Position numbers and translations under genes: made by a program. From an uncultured virus (IMG/VR IMGVR_UViG_3300042673_000573) (lineage: Duplodnaviria; Heunggongvirae; Uroviricota; Caudoviricetes), in the IMG/VR virus record IMGVR_UViG_3300042673_000573: a stretch of 55,584 bases of DNA; one strand, written 5' to 3'. The notes below the pieces were generated by a model, which saw nothing but the letters and a program-made list of their open reading frames with translations, was not told the origin of the DNA and searched no databases. How positions within the stretch are numbered: the stretch's first letter is position 1; the number at the start of each line of letters is the position of its first letter. Shown here in pieces: positions 19,439-28,297 of this stretch.

Positions 19439-21388
19439 TTATGCTGTTAGATCGCCTGAAAGAATCCAGATATTAGTATCACGCTTTGTTAGCGTTCCAC
19501 CTGAGTACTGAGCACGAAGTTTTAGTCCTGGTGTACGATAAATTGTTACTCCTGCTCCCTCTGCAATTGTTGTCTGGCCTGTTCCCTTTTGGAAAACGTC
19601 AACAGATGTTCCTATTGGAAAGGCCACTGAAGAGTTTGGTGGAACAGTTATGCTTGTTGGGCTTGAACTGTTTGTTTCAACAACATTTGTTGCATCAGAT
19701 AGAGCAAGTGTATAACTTGTTGTCTGTGTATTAAATGATGACAGTGTTGCTGAATCAAGTTCAGTCTTACTTGCCTTAAGAGCAAGAGCATTTGTAATTG
19801 TAGTTGAGAAGTTTGCATCGCTACCCAGCGCTGTTGCTAACTCGTTTAATGTATTGAGAGTTCCAGGTGCTGAAGCGACTAATGCTGCAATTGCTGAGTC
19901 AGCATATGCTGTTGTTGCTATCTGAGTATTATTTGTTCCTGCTGCTGCTGTTGGGGCAGTTGGTACACCAGTAAGTGCTGGTGATGCAACTGATGCCTTC
20001 AAAGCATCTGCAGTATCTACATATGTTTTAGTAGCCAAGGCTGCTGTATCAGCAATTCCGTGGATATCTGTAGTGTCTGTAGCATGTGATGACAATGCTG
20101 AATCAGAGTATGTTTTAGTAGCAAGTGCTGATGTATCAGCAATTCCATGAACGTTTGTTGTATCATCGTTGTGCGCTGTTAGTGCTGTTCCTGCTGCAGT
20201 TGCTGCTGCAGCAATAGCGTCTGCTTCTGCTGTATCAGCGTATGACTTTGTAGCAAGAAGTGAAGTATCTGCAATTCCATGAACATCAGTTGTACTTGTG
20301 TTATGAGATCCTACTGCTGAATCAGCGTATGTCTTTGTAGCAAGGGCTGTTGTATCAGCAATACCATGAACATCAGTTGTATCTGATCCGTGAGCAAGAA
20401 CTGCTGCATCTGCCTTAGCCTGTGCTCCAGAAGATGTTTCAAGAACTGAGGTATCAGCAATTCCATGAACATTTGTTGTATCTGCTGAGTGTGTTCCAAG
20501 AGCAGTAGTTGCAGCGGTATCTGCTGCTGAAATAGCCTCTGACTTTGCAGTTGCTACATTTGCTGTAGTTGCAAGAAGTGCTGTGTCAGCAATTCCATGA
20601 ACATTTGTTGTATCTGTAGCATGTGTTCCAATTGCTGTATCTGTATAAGATGCTGCTGTAGTTGTTGCTGCTGTCTCTGCAGCATCTGCTGCTGAATCGG
20701 CATAAGCCTTTGTAGAAAGAAGTGCTGTGTCAGCAATTCCATGAACATTTGTTGTGTCTGCTGAGTGTAAACCAATAGATGTCTCTATTTCAGTTGCAAC
20801 ATAAGCGTTTCTAGAAGTTGTCATGCTTGTTTCTGATGCTGTAATTGCATCATTTACTGACGTATTTGTTGCAAGAACGGTTGTGTCTGCAATTCCATGA
20901 ATGTTAGTTGTATCTGCGCTATAAGTTGTAAGTGCTGCTGAGATTGCATCGTTTACTGATGAATTTGTTGCAAGTACAGTGGTATCTGCAATACCATGAA
21001 CGTTTGTTGTATCTCCATTGTGTGTAGTGATTGCATCAGAGACTACATCTCCGATCATTTCTACTGCAGAAGCGAGTTCTCCAAGAGTATCCAATGCTGC
21101 TGGAGCATTTGTGATAAGGGAGCCTAGTTGGGAGATAGGAATTTGTCCTGAGCCATTAAGTGTGGCAACACCACCAGGCTGTGCCTTTTCTGAGTCTAGT
21201 ATGAAACCTGAAGTGTCGAGGTCTCCAAAATCTTTAAAATATGATAGGGCAGACCATGAGTTGGTTCCGTCGCCCATCTTGAACATGCCTGAATCGGTTT
21301 CAAAACCAATTTCACCTGCTGCTAATACTGGGTTTGCTGCAGTCCATTGTGACGCAGTACCTCTACGCTGTTGCATTCTAGTTGCCAT
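19439..21388 (-). CDS. Fibre protein: Mtd/hyaluronidase-type N-terminus, 9 HGIADT repeats, C-terminal 'GDLTA' domain
   Basis: MATRMQQRRGTASQWTAANPVLAAGEIGFETD..KMGDG; SPALTGVPTAPT; LDTLxELA motifs. Confidence 0.8.
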   Translation of the reverse strand: MATRMQQRRGTASQWTAANPVLAAGEIGFETDSGMFKMGDGTNSWSALSYFKDFGDLDTSGFILDSEKAQPGGVATLNGSGQIPISQLGSLITNAPAALDTLGELASAVEMIGDVVSDAITTHNGDTTNVHGIADTTVLATNSSVNDAISAALTTYSADTTNIHGIADTTVLATNTSVNDAITASETSMTTSRNAYVATEIETSIGLHSADTTNVHGIADTALLSTKAYADSAADAAETAATTTAASYTDTAIGTHATDTTNVHGIADTALLATTANVATAKSEAISAADTAATTALGTHSADTTNVHGIADTSVLETSSGAQAKADAAVLAHGSDTTDVHGIADTTALATKTYADSAVGSHNTSTTDVHGIADTSLLATKSYADTAEADAIAAAATAAGTALTAHNDDTTNVHGIADTSALATKTYSDSALSSHATDTTDIHGIADTAALATKTYVDTADALKASVASPALTGVPTAPTAAAGTNNTQIATTAYADSAIAALVASAPGTLNTLNELATALGSDANFSTTITNALALKASKTELDSATLSSFNTQTTSYTLALSDATNVVETNSSSPTSITVPPNSSVAFPIGTSVDVFQKGTGQTTIAEGAGVTIYRTPGLKLRAQYSGGTLTKRDTNIWILSGDLTA

Positions 21389-21441
21389 TTATATCTCCTT
21401 ATGGGTGCTGCCCATTATTCTCTTATTATAACATCAATTTA

Positions 21442-21891
21442 TTAGTTGAAGTTATCTACTGCACTACCGCCATCGAATACTACTGTCCAAGTTGTATCAC
21501 TTGGTCCACCAGCATCCAAACCTACACCCAATGGGCTATTAAAAGTTCCAGCATTATAGAACTGCGAAACAATGAAACCTGTTCCATCAATTGCAGTATC
21601 GTGAATGTGCTCTGGAAGTGTGTTTGTATCATCAATAGTTGCTTGGGTATACCAAGAACCGTTGTAATAAAAATTAATTCTACTTGTTAAAGTGTCTAAC
21701 CACTGTGTTCCATTAGTTGGTGAAGAAGGAGGAGTTGGGCCTACTGCCATTGAATGACTATCAACATACTCCTTAGTTGCTGCATGTGACGCTGTTGTAG
21801 GTGTTCCTACTGTCACTGCATCTCCAAATGTACCGCCGTTTGCTACGACTAATCCATTTTTGACTCTAAAGTCTTTGTCAACTGTTGTCAT
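21442..21891 (-). CDS. Fibre-associated structural protein
   Basis: DKDFRVKNGL N-terminus, AATKEYVD motif. Confidence 0.6.
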   Translation of the reverse strand: MTTVDKDFRVKNGLVVANGGTFGDAVTVGTPTTASHAATKEYVDSHSMAVGPTPPSSPTNGTQWLDTLTSRINFYYNGSWYTQATIDDTNTLPEHIHDTAIDGTGFIVSQFYNAGTFNSPLGVGLDAGGPSDTTWTVVFDGGSAVDNFN

Positions 21892-21926
21892 TTACTGCTC
21901 CCTCTTCCAACTATTTTTATTTTTTA

Positions 21927-23738
21927 TTACGCTACTAATGTTCCGACAACAGTTACTACTGAAGTGTTGTTGGCGGTTGTTACTAGAAGTTGTACATTTG
22001 CTCCTGAGATACCTGCAGAAATTGCTGATGCTGAACCGTTAGTTCCAACAATTCCATACTCTGTGATTGCAACGTTATCGTTGGCATCAAGTGTTAAAAG
22101 TACCTTTGAGATTTCTGTGTGATCTCCATAGGCAACCTTTACAAGATATTCTGCTGAGCGATAATCAGCCTTTGCAAAGGCATGTGCTACCTGAACTCCT
22201 GCTGTTGCTGCTTCAAGAGTTGCTGCAACCTGCTTAGCAACTGAGTTTAACTCAACTGCTGTAAAGTTTGGAACAACTGCTTCAAGAGCATCTACTGCTC
22301 TTTGTGCTGTGAAGTACTTATTTGTTGAACCTTCTGTCAGATCATTAGTTGTAGAATCTGCTACACCATTTTCTGCTGAAATTGTAAGACCATTTTCGTC
22401 ACCAGTAATAGTGATGTTTGTCTTTGTAGCACCAACAATGAGTGCTGCTGCTGCAGTCTTAGCACGAGTATCTGTGAAGTAGAGACTTCCTGATTCTGCT
22501 ACATCAGAAGTAACAAGTGCGTCTGCGTGATCGATTGCTGCTTGCTGTGCAAGACCAATTTCTGTGCTTGTCTTGTATGCTGACCAAACTTCTGTTGAAG
22601 AAGATGATGCATCATTGATCAAGTCATCTGCATAGTCCTTAGCATCTTGCTCTGCTGTATCAGCATATGACTGGTAAGCAGTTGTGATTGCTGTCTCACG
22701 GTCATTTGTGTAAGAATTTGCTGATGTTACTGCATCTGATTCGGCTGTATCAACATACTGCTTTGTTGCTGCGTCTGTATTTGCTGTAGGTGTTCCAAGA
22801 CCAGTAATCTTGTTTGATCCCATTGCAATTTCGCCAGTCATTGATCCGCCAGCAAGTGGAAGTTTGTTTCCAATTGATACTGCAAGGCCTGCAGCATCTA
22901 CGTTATCGCCAAGTGCTTCAGCAAGTTCGTTAAGTGTATCTAATGCTGCTGGTGCTGAATCTACAAGATCAGCAACTGCTTGAGAGATTCTTGCTGCAAC
23001 TGTGTTTCCACCAGTTCCATCAATTGTTGCATCTCCAATAAGAAGATCTGTGTATGCTTCGTAAGCAGTTGTAATTAACCCTTCACGAGTATCTGTATAA
23101 GCCTTAGCATCTACTTCTGCTTGGTCTGCATAGCCTTGTGTTGCAAGAACATCTGCACCCCACTTGACAGAAGAACCTGCTGCTGGAGTAAGAACGATAT
23201 GAGAATCAGAGTTGATTGTCATTGCTCCTGCGCCAGTGAAGTTAAGTGTATCTCCAATAGTCTTATTTGTTAATGTTTGTGTGTTGGTTGTTCCAACTAC
23301 CGCACCAGTTGCACCGTGTGCTTCTGTTAGGTTAGAGTGTGCTGTAAGGGCTGCTGCTGCATCAGTTGCGGCTTGTGCTGCTGCACCAATCGTGTCCCAA
23401 AGACCAGTGTTAGCAGTTACTGCTCTCTGATCAGTAAAGTACTTGTTTGTACCTTCTGTAAGATCACCTGTAGTATGATTTGAAATATCTGATACTTGAC
23501 CAGTTACATCACCAGTTAAATCTGCTGTAATTGTTCCTGCAGCAAAGTTACCATTAGCATCACGCTTTACAACCTTGTTTGCTTCGTTAGCAGATGTTGC
23601 TGTACCACCGATAAGATCAATAATATAATTTTGATCTGCTGTTTTCTTTGTAAGAACGTCAAAATTGTTAACTGTCGCTGTTGTACCTTCAACAATGAGA
23701 CCACTCTTAATTTTAAAATCTTTATTTACTGTTGCCAT
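21927..23738 (-). CDS. Long fibre protein
   Basis: KDFKIKSGL N-terminus, LTEGTNKYFT repeats, LDTLNELA, DAATKQYVD; C-terminal YRSAEY..EYG domain. Confidence 0.75.
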   Translation of the reverse strand: MATVNKDFKIKSGLIVEGTTATVNNFDVLTKKTADQNYIIDLIGGTATSANEANKVVKRDANGNFAAGTITADLTGDVTGQVSDISNHTTGDLTEGTNKYFTDQRAVTANTGLWDTIGAAAQAATDAAAALTAHSNLTEAHGATGAVVGTTNTQTLTNKTIGDTLNFTGAGAMTINSDSHIVLTPAAGSSVKWGADVLATQGYADQAEVDAKAYTDTREGLITTAYEAYTDLLIGDATIDGTGGNTVAARISQAVADLVDSAPAALDTLNELAEALGDNVDAAGLAVSIGNKLPLAGGSMTGEIAMGSNKITGLGTPTANTDAATKQYVDTAESDAVTSANSYTNDRETAITTAYQSYADTAEQDAKDYADDLINDASSSSTEVWSAYKTSTEIGLAQQAAIDHADALVTSDVAESGSLYFTDTRAKTAAAALIVGATKTNITITGDENGLTISAENGVADSTTNDLTEGSTNKYFTAQRAVDALEAVVPNFTAVELNSVAKQVAATLEAATAGVQVAHAFAKADYRSAEYLVKVAYGDHTEISKVLLTLDANDNVAITEYGIVGTNGSASAISAGISGANVQLLVTTANNTSVVTVVGTLVA

Positions 23739-23756
23739 TTTTTATATCTCCTTTTA

Positions 23757-24203
23757 TTATGCCTTAAGTCCCATACGAGCATATCGTACAGTGACTGGCT
23801 TGATCGCAGGATCTGGAGTGACTGTTAAGGCCACGGTATTTCCAGTGCGAGAGACATTAATGGTGCCAATATTCCCATCATTGTCGATTGTTCCATACTC
23901 ACTGACAGAAACACCGTCTCCGTCAACAAGAATTGTCATTTCAGTTGCGTAGAACTTGTTGTCCCCTGCTGTGGTCTTTGATATTGAAACAATATACTTA
24001 ACCATACGCCAAACTGTAGCATCAAAGTTATCAATAACAGTTACGTTCTCAATTCCATTGACTGTGTTTTCATTGTTACCTGCTGATCCTAAATCTGTTG
24101 ATTGAGAAACAAGGGTATCGATTAAATCTTCATAGTTTTCTTGAGTAGGTCTATCACCTGTTTGAAATAGACTTTTAACTCCTGGGACTGATATCTTTGC
24201 CAT
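23757..24203 (-). CDS. Structural protein sharing the C-terminal fibre domain type
   Basis: FQTGDRPTQENY.DLID; WRMVKY..SEYGTI resembles C-terminus of 21927..23738. Confidence 0.6.
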   Translation of the reverse strand: MAKISVPGVKSLFQTGDRPTQENYEDLIDTLVSQSTDLGSAGNNENTVNGIENVTVIDNFDATVWRMVKYIVSISKTTAGDNKFYATEMTILVDGDGVSVSEYGTIDNDGNIGTINVSRTGNTVALTVTPDPAIKPVTVRYARMGLKA

Positions 24204-24224
24204 ACTGAGATTATATCATGGATT

Positions 24225-24449
24225 TTAAAGTATATAGTTATTCAGACCAATGACAGCGATGCCAATTGGCGCAGGAGAGGCTGCTGAGTAGCCTGGAATC
24301 TGAATGTTTGTTATCCGTATCCTAAATGGTAACACTTCGTTAATCTTAACTATTGGATAAGGTTTTGAGATCTTTATAGCCCCGTAAGTTACAGCATTAA
24401 TTGCTGAAACTTTTCTCTTAGTATTATTATTGATTATTGATGTGGCCAT
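24225..24449 (-). CDS. Hypothetical protein
   Basis: ORF coupled to upstream gene (TAATG). Confidence 0.6.
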   Translation of the reverse strand: MATSIINNNTKRKVSAINAVTYGAIKISKPYPIVKINEVLPFRIRITNIQIPGYSAASPAPIGIAVIGLNNYIL

Positions 24450-24856
24450 TAATCAGTTACATCTTCAATAACAATTACGCTACCCTGGCAAACTGTCCAA
24501 ACAGTTTCATTTCCTGGGGCAGACAACTGAATATCAAATATGTCTCCAGTCTGTAATGTTAAAGATTGTGTTGCTGATAAAAATACTGTAAATTCTCCTG
24601 GAAGGTCATCTGGATCTGCAGCGGGACTTAAAGTCATAACAACTGAAGCATCATCACTAATAATGCCTGGAATCGTATTTGGTCTTTTGATTTTCATGGC
24701 TATTGACCAATCTGGCACATTGAGAGGTGCCTCTAAATCATCAGTAACGTAAACCTTAAATGATGCAGTATCTCCACGGACAAATGTCCAAGTAACTTGT
24801 GGTGGCTTTGAGCCAACATCATACTGAGATTTTTGAGAATTCCTATTTGTTGCCAT
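24449..24856 (-). CDS. Baseplate upper (BppU-like) Ig-domain protein, putative
   Basis: VRGDT motif, FDIQL, WTVCQG; paralogous to 32289 and 33568 ORFs. Confidence 0.5.
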   Translation of the reverse strand: MATNRNSQKSQYDVGSKPPQVTWTFVRGDTASFKVYVTDDLEAPLNVPDWSIAMKIKRPNTIPGIISDDASVVMTLSPAADPDDLPGEFTVFLSATQSLTLQTGDIFDIQLSAPGNETVWTVCQGSVIVIEDVTD

Positions 24857-24883
24857 TTTTAAATTATACCACGAATCTTTGGT

Positions 24884-25834
24884 TTATACCCAGTCTTTTG
24901 GGAACTCCGCAAAGTCATCATATCCTATAAAACTAAAAACATCTGACTTTTTAGAGGAAATCATATCTCTTTGAATATAAGCAGTAAAAGTACTTCTAGG
25001 GGTTCCGATAAACTCCTTTGACTGACACATTACCAATAATCCAATTAGACCAAAGACGATCTCTGACTGGCTAGGTAAAGCCAAAAACTCATCTGAAAAA
25101 TTATCTACAATATAGTCATCTAAAAACGTAATATCTTTATTTTTAAATATTTCATTGTTTACATCATCTGTTAATACTACGGTTTTTAAATCATTATTTT
25201 TAAGCGCTTTGTCAAAATCTTTCTCTGAAAAACTGAATGTTCTTTCTGCATGATCTGTAAGCCTTACGTGCATGCCACGAAATTCTCCAAGACTGTTGGC
25301 AATTTTGTTTGCTAAATTTATATAATCTTCTTTAAAAGTTACTTTTATTTTATTTAAAAATTCATTATCTTGATTAGCAAAAAAGGTTTCACGGTTGGCC
25401 AGGTTTGGACCAGACATATTATAAGACTTGTTTTCTTCAAAGATTAATTCTTTTTTATTAAAATATTCAGCACCTACCTGAATTTCTTTAGAAACATTTA
25501 CATAATCTGAAAACAGATTGTCAGATATTTTAATTTCATCTTTAGAAAATTGATCTATTTTACCAAAAGCAATATACTCCCAAACCAAAGACTTATTAAA
25601 ATCTATTAACTCAAAAAAGTTTACCATCTCTCTTTTAACAATTGAATCTCTTTTTCCAAAAACAACATTGTCACTAATTGGAAAACTATCAAGCCAGTTC
25701 TGTTGACTATCAAGTAAATTATAGATAACAAGTTTTTTATTTGTTATATAAGAAAGACCCAGACCTACTTCTAAACTAAACAGCCTGTTTGTAAGTCCTG
25801 CATGGTGTAATCTGTAAAATAAAAAGTTATCCAT
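24884..25834 (-). CDS. O-fucosyltransferase-like glycosyltransferase (GT-B)
   Basis: GLTNR, GMHVRLTD, VLTDD, EFIGTPRSTFTAYI match POFUT-family GDP-sugar motifs. Confidence 0.75.
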   Translation of the reverse strand: MDNFLFYRLHHAGLTNRLFSLEVGLGLSYITNKKLVIYNLLDSQQNWLDSFPISDNVVFGKRDSIVKREMVNFFELIDFNKSLVWEYIAFGKIDQFSKDEIKISDNLFSDYVNVSKEIQVGAEYFNKKELIFEENKSYNMSGPNLANRETFFANQDNEFLNKIKVTFKEDYINLANKIANSLGEFRGMHVRLTDHAERTFSFSEKDFDKALKNNDLKTVVLTDDVNNEIFKNKDITFLDDYIVDNFSDEFLALPSQSEIVFGLIGLLVMCQSKEFIGTPRSTFTAYIQRDMISSKKSDVFSFIGYDDFAEFPKDWV

Positions 25835-26852
25835 TTTGTTTTTTTATCCATTCATATGTTTGTTTGATTCCATCTTTAAGAGACATTGAGTAATCCCAGT
25901 CTAATTTTTCTCTAACTAAATCATTATTAGAGTTTCTGCCTCTAACTCCAAGTGGGCCAGGAATGTGCATTTTGCTAAGAGTTTTGTCTTCAATGCTACA
26001 AGCAATATCTACCAACTGATTAATAGTAACCATTTCTTCAGACCCAATATTGACTGGTCCAGTAAAGTCTGACTCCATAAGCCTTCTTGTTGCTTCTATG
26101 CATTCATCTATATATAGGAATGAACGAGTCTGTTCTCCATCCCCCCAAATTTCTATAAATCCATCTGACTGAATAACTTTTCTACATATTGCTGCTGGTG
26201 CTTTTTCTTTTCCACCATCCCAAGTTCCTTCTGGTCCATAAATATTATGATATCTGGCAATGGCTACAGGGATCTTGTTGTTTCTATTAAAGGCTAAGAA
26301 CATTCTCTCACTAAACAGTTTCTCCCAGCCGTACTCGCTGTCAGGATCTGCAGGGTATGCATCAGACTCCTTAAGTCCAGGATTATTAACATCCAACTGC
26401 TTATAGTCAGGATACATACAGGCAGAACTTGAATAAAATATTTTGGTTTTATTAATATCATACTTTTCATTAAGTCTAGACTGCGCTCTTAATAGGTTAA
26501 GGTTTATTAGAGCAGAGTTTTCCATAATCTGAGAATCGTTTAAACCAGTAAAGATATATCCTGCTCCACCCATGTCTGCTGCAAATTGGTATATCTCATC
26601 AAATGAATCTATAGAACGATATGGAACTTCGTGGTAAAAGTTTCCTTGATATCCTTTAAACTGAATAACTTTTTCAACATTCTCATATACCGAAAGATCT
26701 CTTTCAACAAACTCGTCTGCTTGTGTTTCTGAAAAGTCTGGATGTTTTAAATCAACACCACGAACCCAGTATCCTTCTGATTTTAATCTTTTAACCATGT
26801 GGCTTCCAATAAAACCACCTGCACCAAAAACTAATGCCGTTTTCTGTTTCAT
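25827..26852 (-). CDS. GDP-mannose 3,5-epimerase-like NAD-dependent epimerase
   Basis: GAGGFIG, AADMGGAGYI, SSACMYP, YGWEK, EKAPAA.CRK, HIPGP.GVRGRNS. Confidence 0.85.
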   Translation of the reverse strand: MKQKTALVFGAGGFIGSHMVKRLKSEGYWVRGVDLKHPDFSETQADEFVERDLSVYENVEKVIQFKGYQGNFYHEVPYRSIDSFDEIYQFAADMGGAGYIFTGLNDSQIMENSALINLNLLRAQSRLNEKYDINKTKIFYSSSACMYPDYKQLDVNNPGLKESDAYPADPDSEYGWEKLFSERMFLAFNRNNKIPVAIARYHNIYGPEGTWDGGKEKAPAAICRKVIQSDGFIEIWGDGEQTRSFLYIDECIEATRRLMESDFTGPVNIGSEEMVTINQLVDIACSIEDKTLSKMHIPGPLGVRGRNSNNDLVREKLDWDYSMSLKDGIKQTYEWIKKQNG

Positions 26853-27394
26853 TAGGCTAAACCGTTTTTCAATGCTCCCCAAGTTCCATTTCCTTTTGCT
26901 TGAACAATGAGTATTCCAGGATTTCCAGAATGAGCAACAATTCCTACTGCAACACCAGAGTTTTCTGGTTTTGCTCCTGACGAATCGTTTGCTCCTGAAA
27001 TAAGCCCTCCAGTTTGACCAACATAAAGAATTGAGCCACTTGCAAATGTTGAAGTATTTAAACCTTCAAGAACTCCTCCTACTACAACTACACCATTAGC
27101 ATTATTTGCTATATTAGTTTTTGCTAAACCTAATAATGTTTGTGTAGAAGAACCAGTGAGTTTTGTTATTAGAGTTCTTTCTGATACTGAACTATATCCA
27201 GAAGCATAAACAGGGTCTCCTGCTGATATTGATGATCCAGTTTCATTTCTTACACTAATTTGAAAATATGAAAGGCCTAAAGGTGGAAGAATCTCTTCTA
27301 GTTTAGTTACTAAATCTTTAATATCTCCGTGTACATTCACGTTATCGCTTGCTAAGGGATACGGTAAGCCTAGCCCGTTTAATTTTGTTGCCAT
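26852..27394 (-). CDS. Virion structural protein
   Basis: LPYP..SD N-terminus, GLNTSTF.SG.ILYV beta-rich domain. Confidence 0.55.
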   Translation of the reverse strand: MATKLNGLGLPYPLASDNVNVHGDIKDLVTKLEEILPPLGLSYFQISVRNETGSSISAGDPVYASGYSSVSERTLITKLTGSSTQTLLGLAKTNIANNANGVVVVGGVLEGLNTSTFASGSILYVGQTGGLISGANDSSGAKPENSGVAVGIVAHSGNPGILIVQAKGNGTWGALKNGLA

Positions 27395-27499
27395 AGTACT
27401 TTTATTATACCATTGTTCAGAGTTGACTTTTGAAGAAATATCATGCTATACTAGGTAGTAACACCTACCAAGGTGTTATTGTTTTCTAAGGAGGAAACT

Positions 27500-28063
27500 A
27501 TGATTAAATTTATCGAAAGAAACAAAGAGATCATTAGCACACTCAGTATATTGACTTTAGTAGTGTCTTTGTCAAACACTGCTAATGCTGAAACACGAAC
27601 AAGTGACAAAAACAATTTGAGTATAGAACAGGCTCAGGAGCAAGGAAACGCCTCGAAAGAGGTTTTTTTGGTTTCTAAAGCAAAAAGGCTAGAGAGTTTT
27701 GAGAATAAGACATCTCTGACCGATATTGAACTAAAGGAACTGCTTTCTCTAGTAGGATTTAAGGGTAAAGACCTTGTGGTTGCTTGGGCGGTTGCTAAAA
27801 AAGAATCTAATGGACGACCATTGGCTTTTAATGGCAATCACAAGACTGGTGACTCGTCTTATGGAATGTTCCAAATTAATATGATTGACAACCTTGGTCC
27901 TGACCGTAGAGAAAAGTTCGATCTTGACTCTAATGCTGAACTGTTCAATCCCGTTAAAAATGCTGAAATTGCATACTACATGACAAACGGTGGAGACGAT
28001 TGGTCTTCTTGGAAGGGCATTACGCCTAAGACCAGAATGTGGATGAGCAAGTTTCCTAAGTAG
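27500..28063 (+). CDS. Lytic transglycosylase/lysozyme-like protein with N-terminal hydrophobic segment
   Basis: AVAKKES...SYGMFQIN...NA.IAY...WSSW; AAGGAGG RBS before ATG 27500; TTGACT/TATACT promoter upstream. Confidence 0.8.
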   Translation: MIKFIERNKEIISTLSILTLVVSLSNTANAETRTSDKNNLSIEQAQEQGNASKEVFLVSKAKRLESFENKTSLTDIELKELLSLVGFKGKDLVVAWAVAKKESNGRPLAFNGNHKTGDSSYGMFQINMIDNLGPDRREKFDLDSNAELFNPVKNAEIAYYMTNGGDDWSSWKGITPKTRMWMSKFPK

Positions 28064-28289
28064 GCCATTTGTTTGCTGGGCAAGTTGCATGCAAAAGTCT
28101 TGACTTAGCAACCATAAAACAGCCACACAAACTACATTGCTTAGTTGCTAAAAGGTTTGGGCATGATTTACATATGTCATATCTTTGGTCTGCAACATTC
28201 TTATGAGCATATTCAGTATTTGGATTAATAAAATCCCAAGGCCTTGTGTCTCCAAGGTTTTCTATCCATTGATCAAACTTATTTTTCAT
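28056..28289 (-). CDS. Small Cys-rich protein (DUF6171-like)
   Basis: R..ICKSC...QCSLCGCFM..K......CP..KW. Confidence 0.7.
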   Translation of the reverse strand: MKNKFDQWIENLGDTRPWDFINPNTEYAHKNVADQRYDICKSCPNLLATKQCSLCGCFMVAKSRLLHATCPANKWPT

Positions 28290-28297
28290 TTTTTCTC

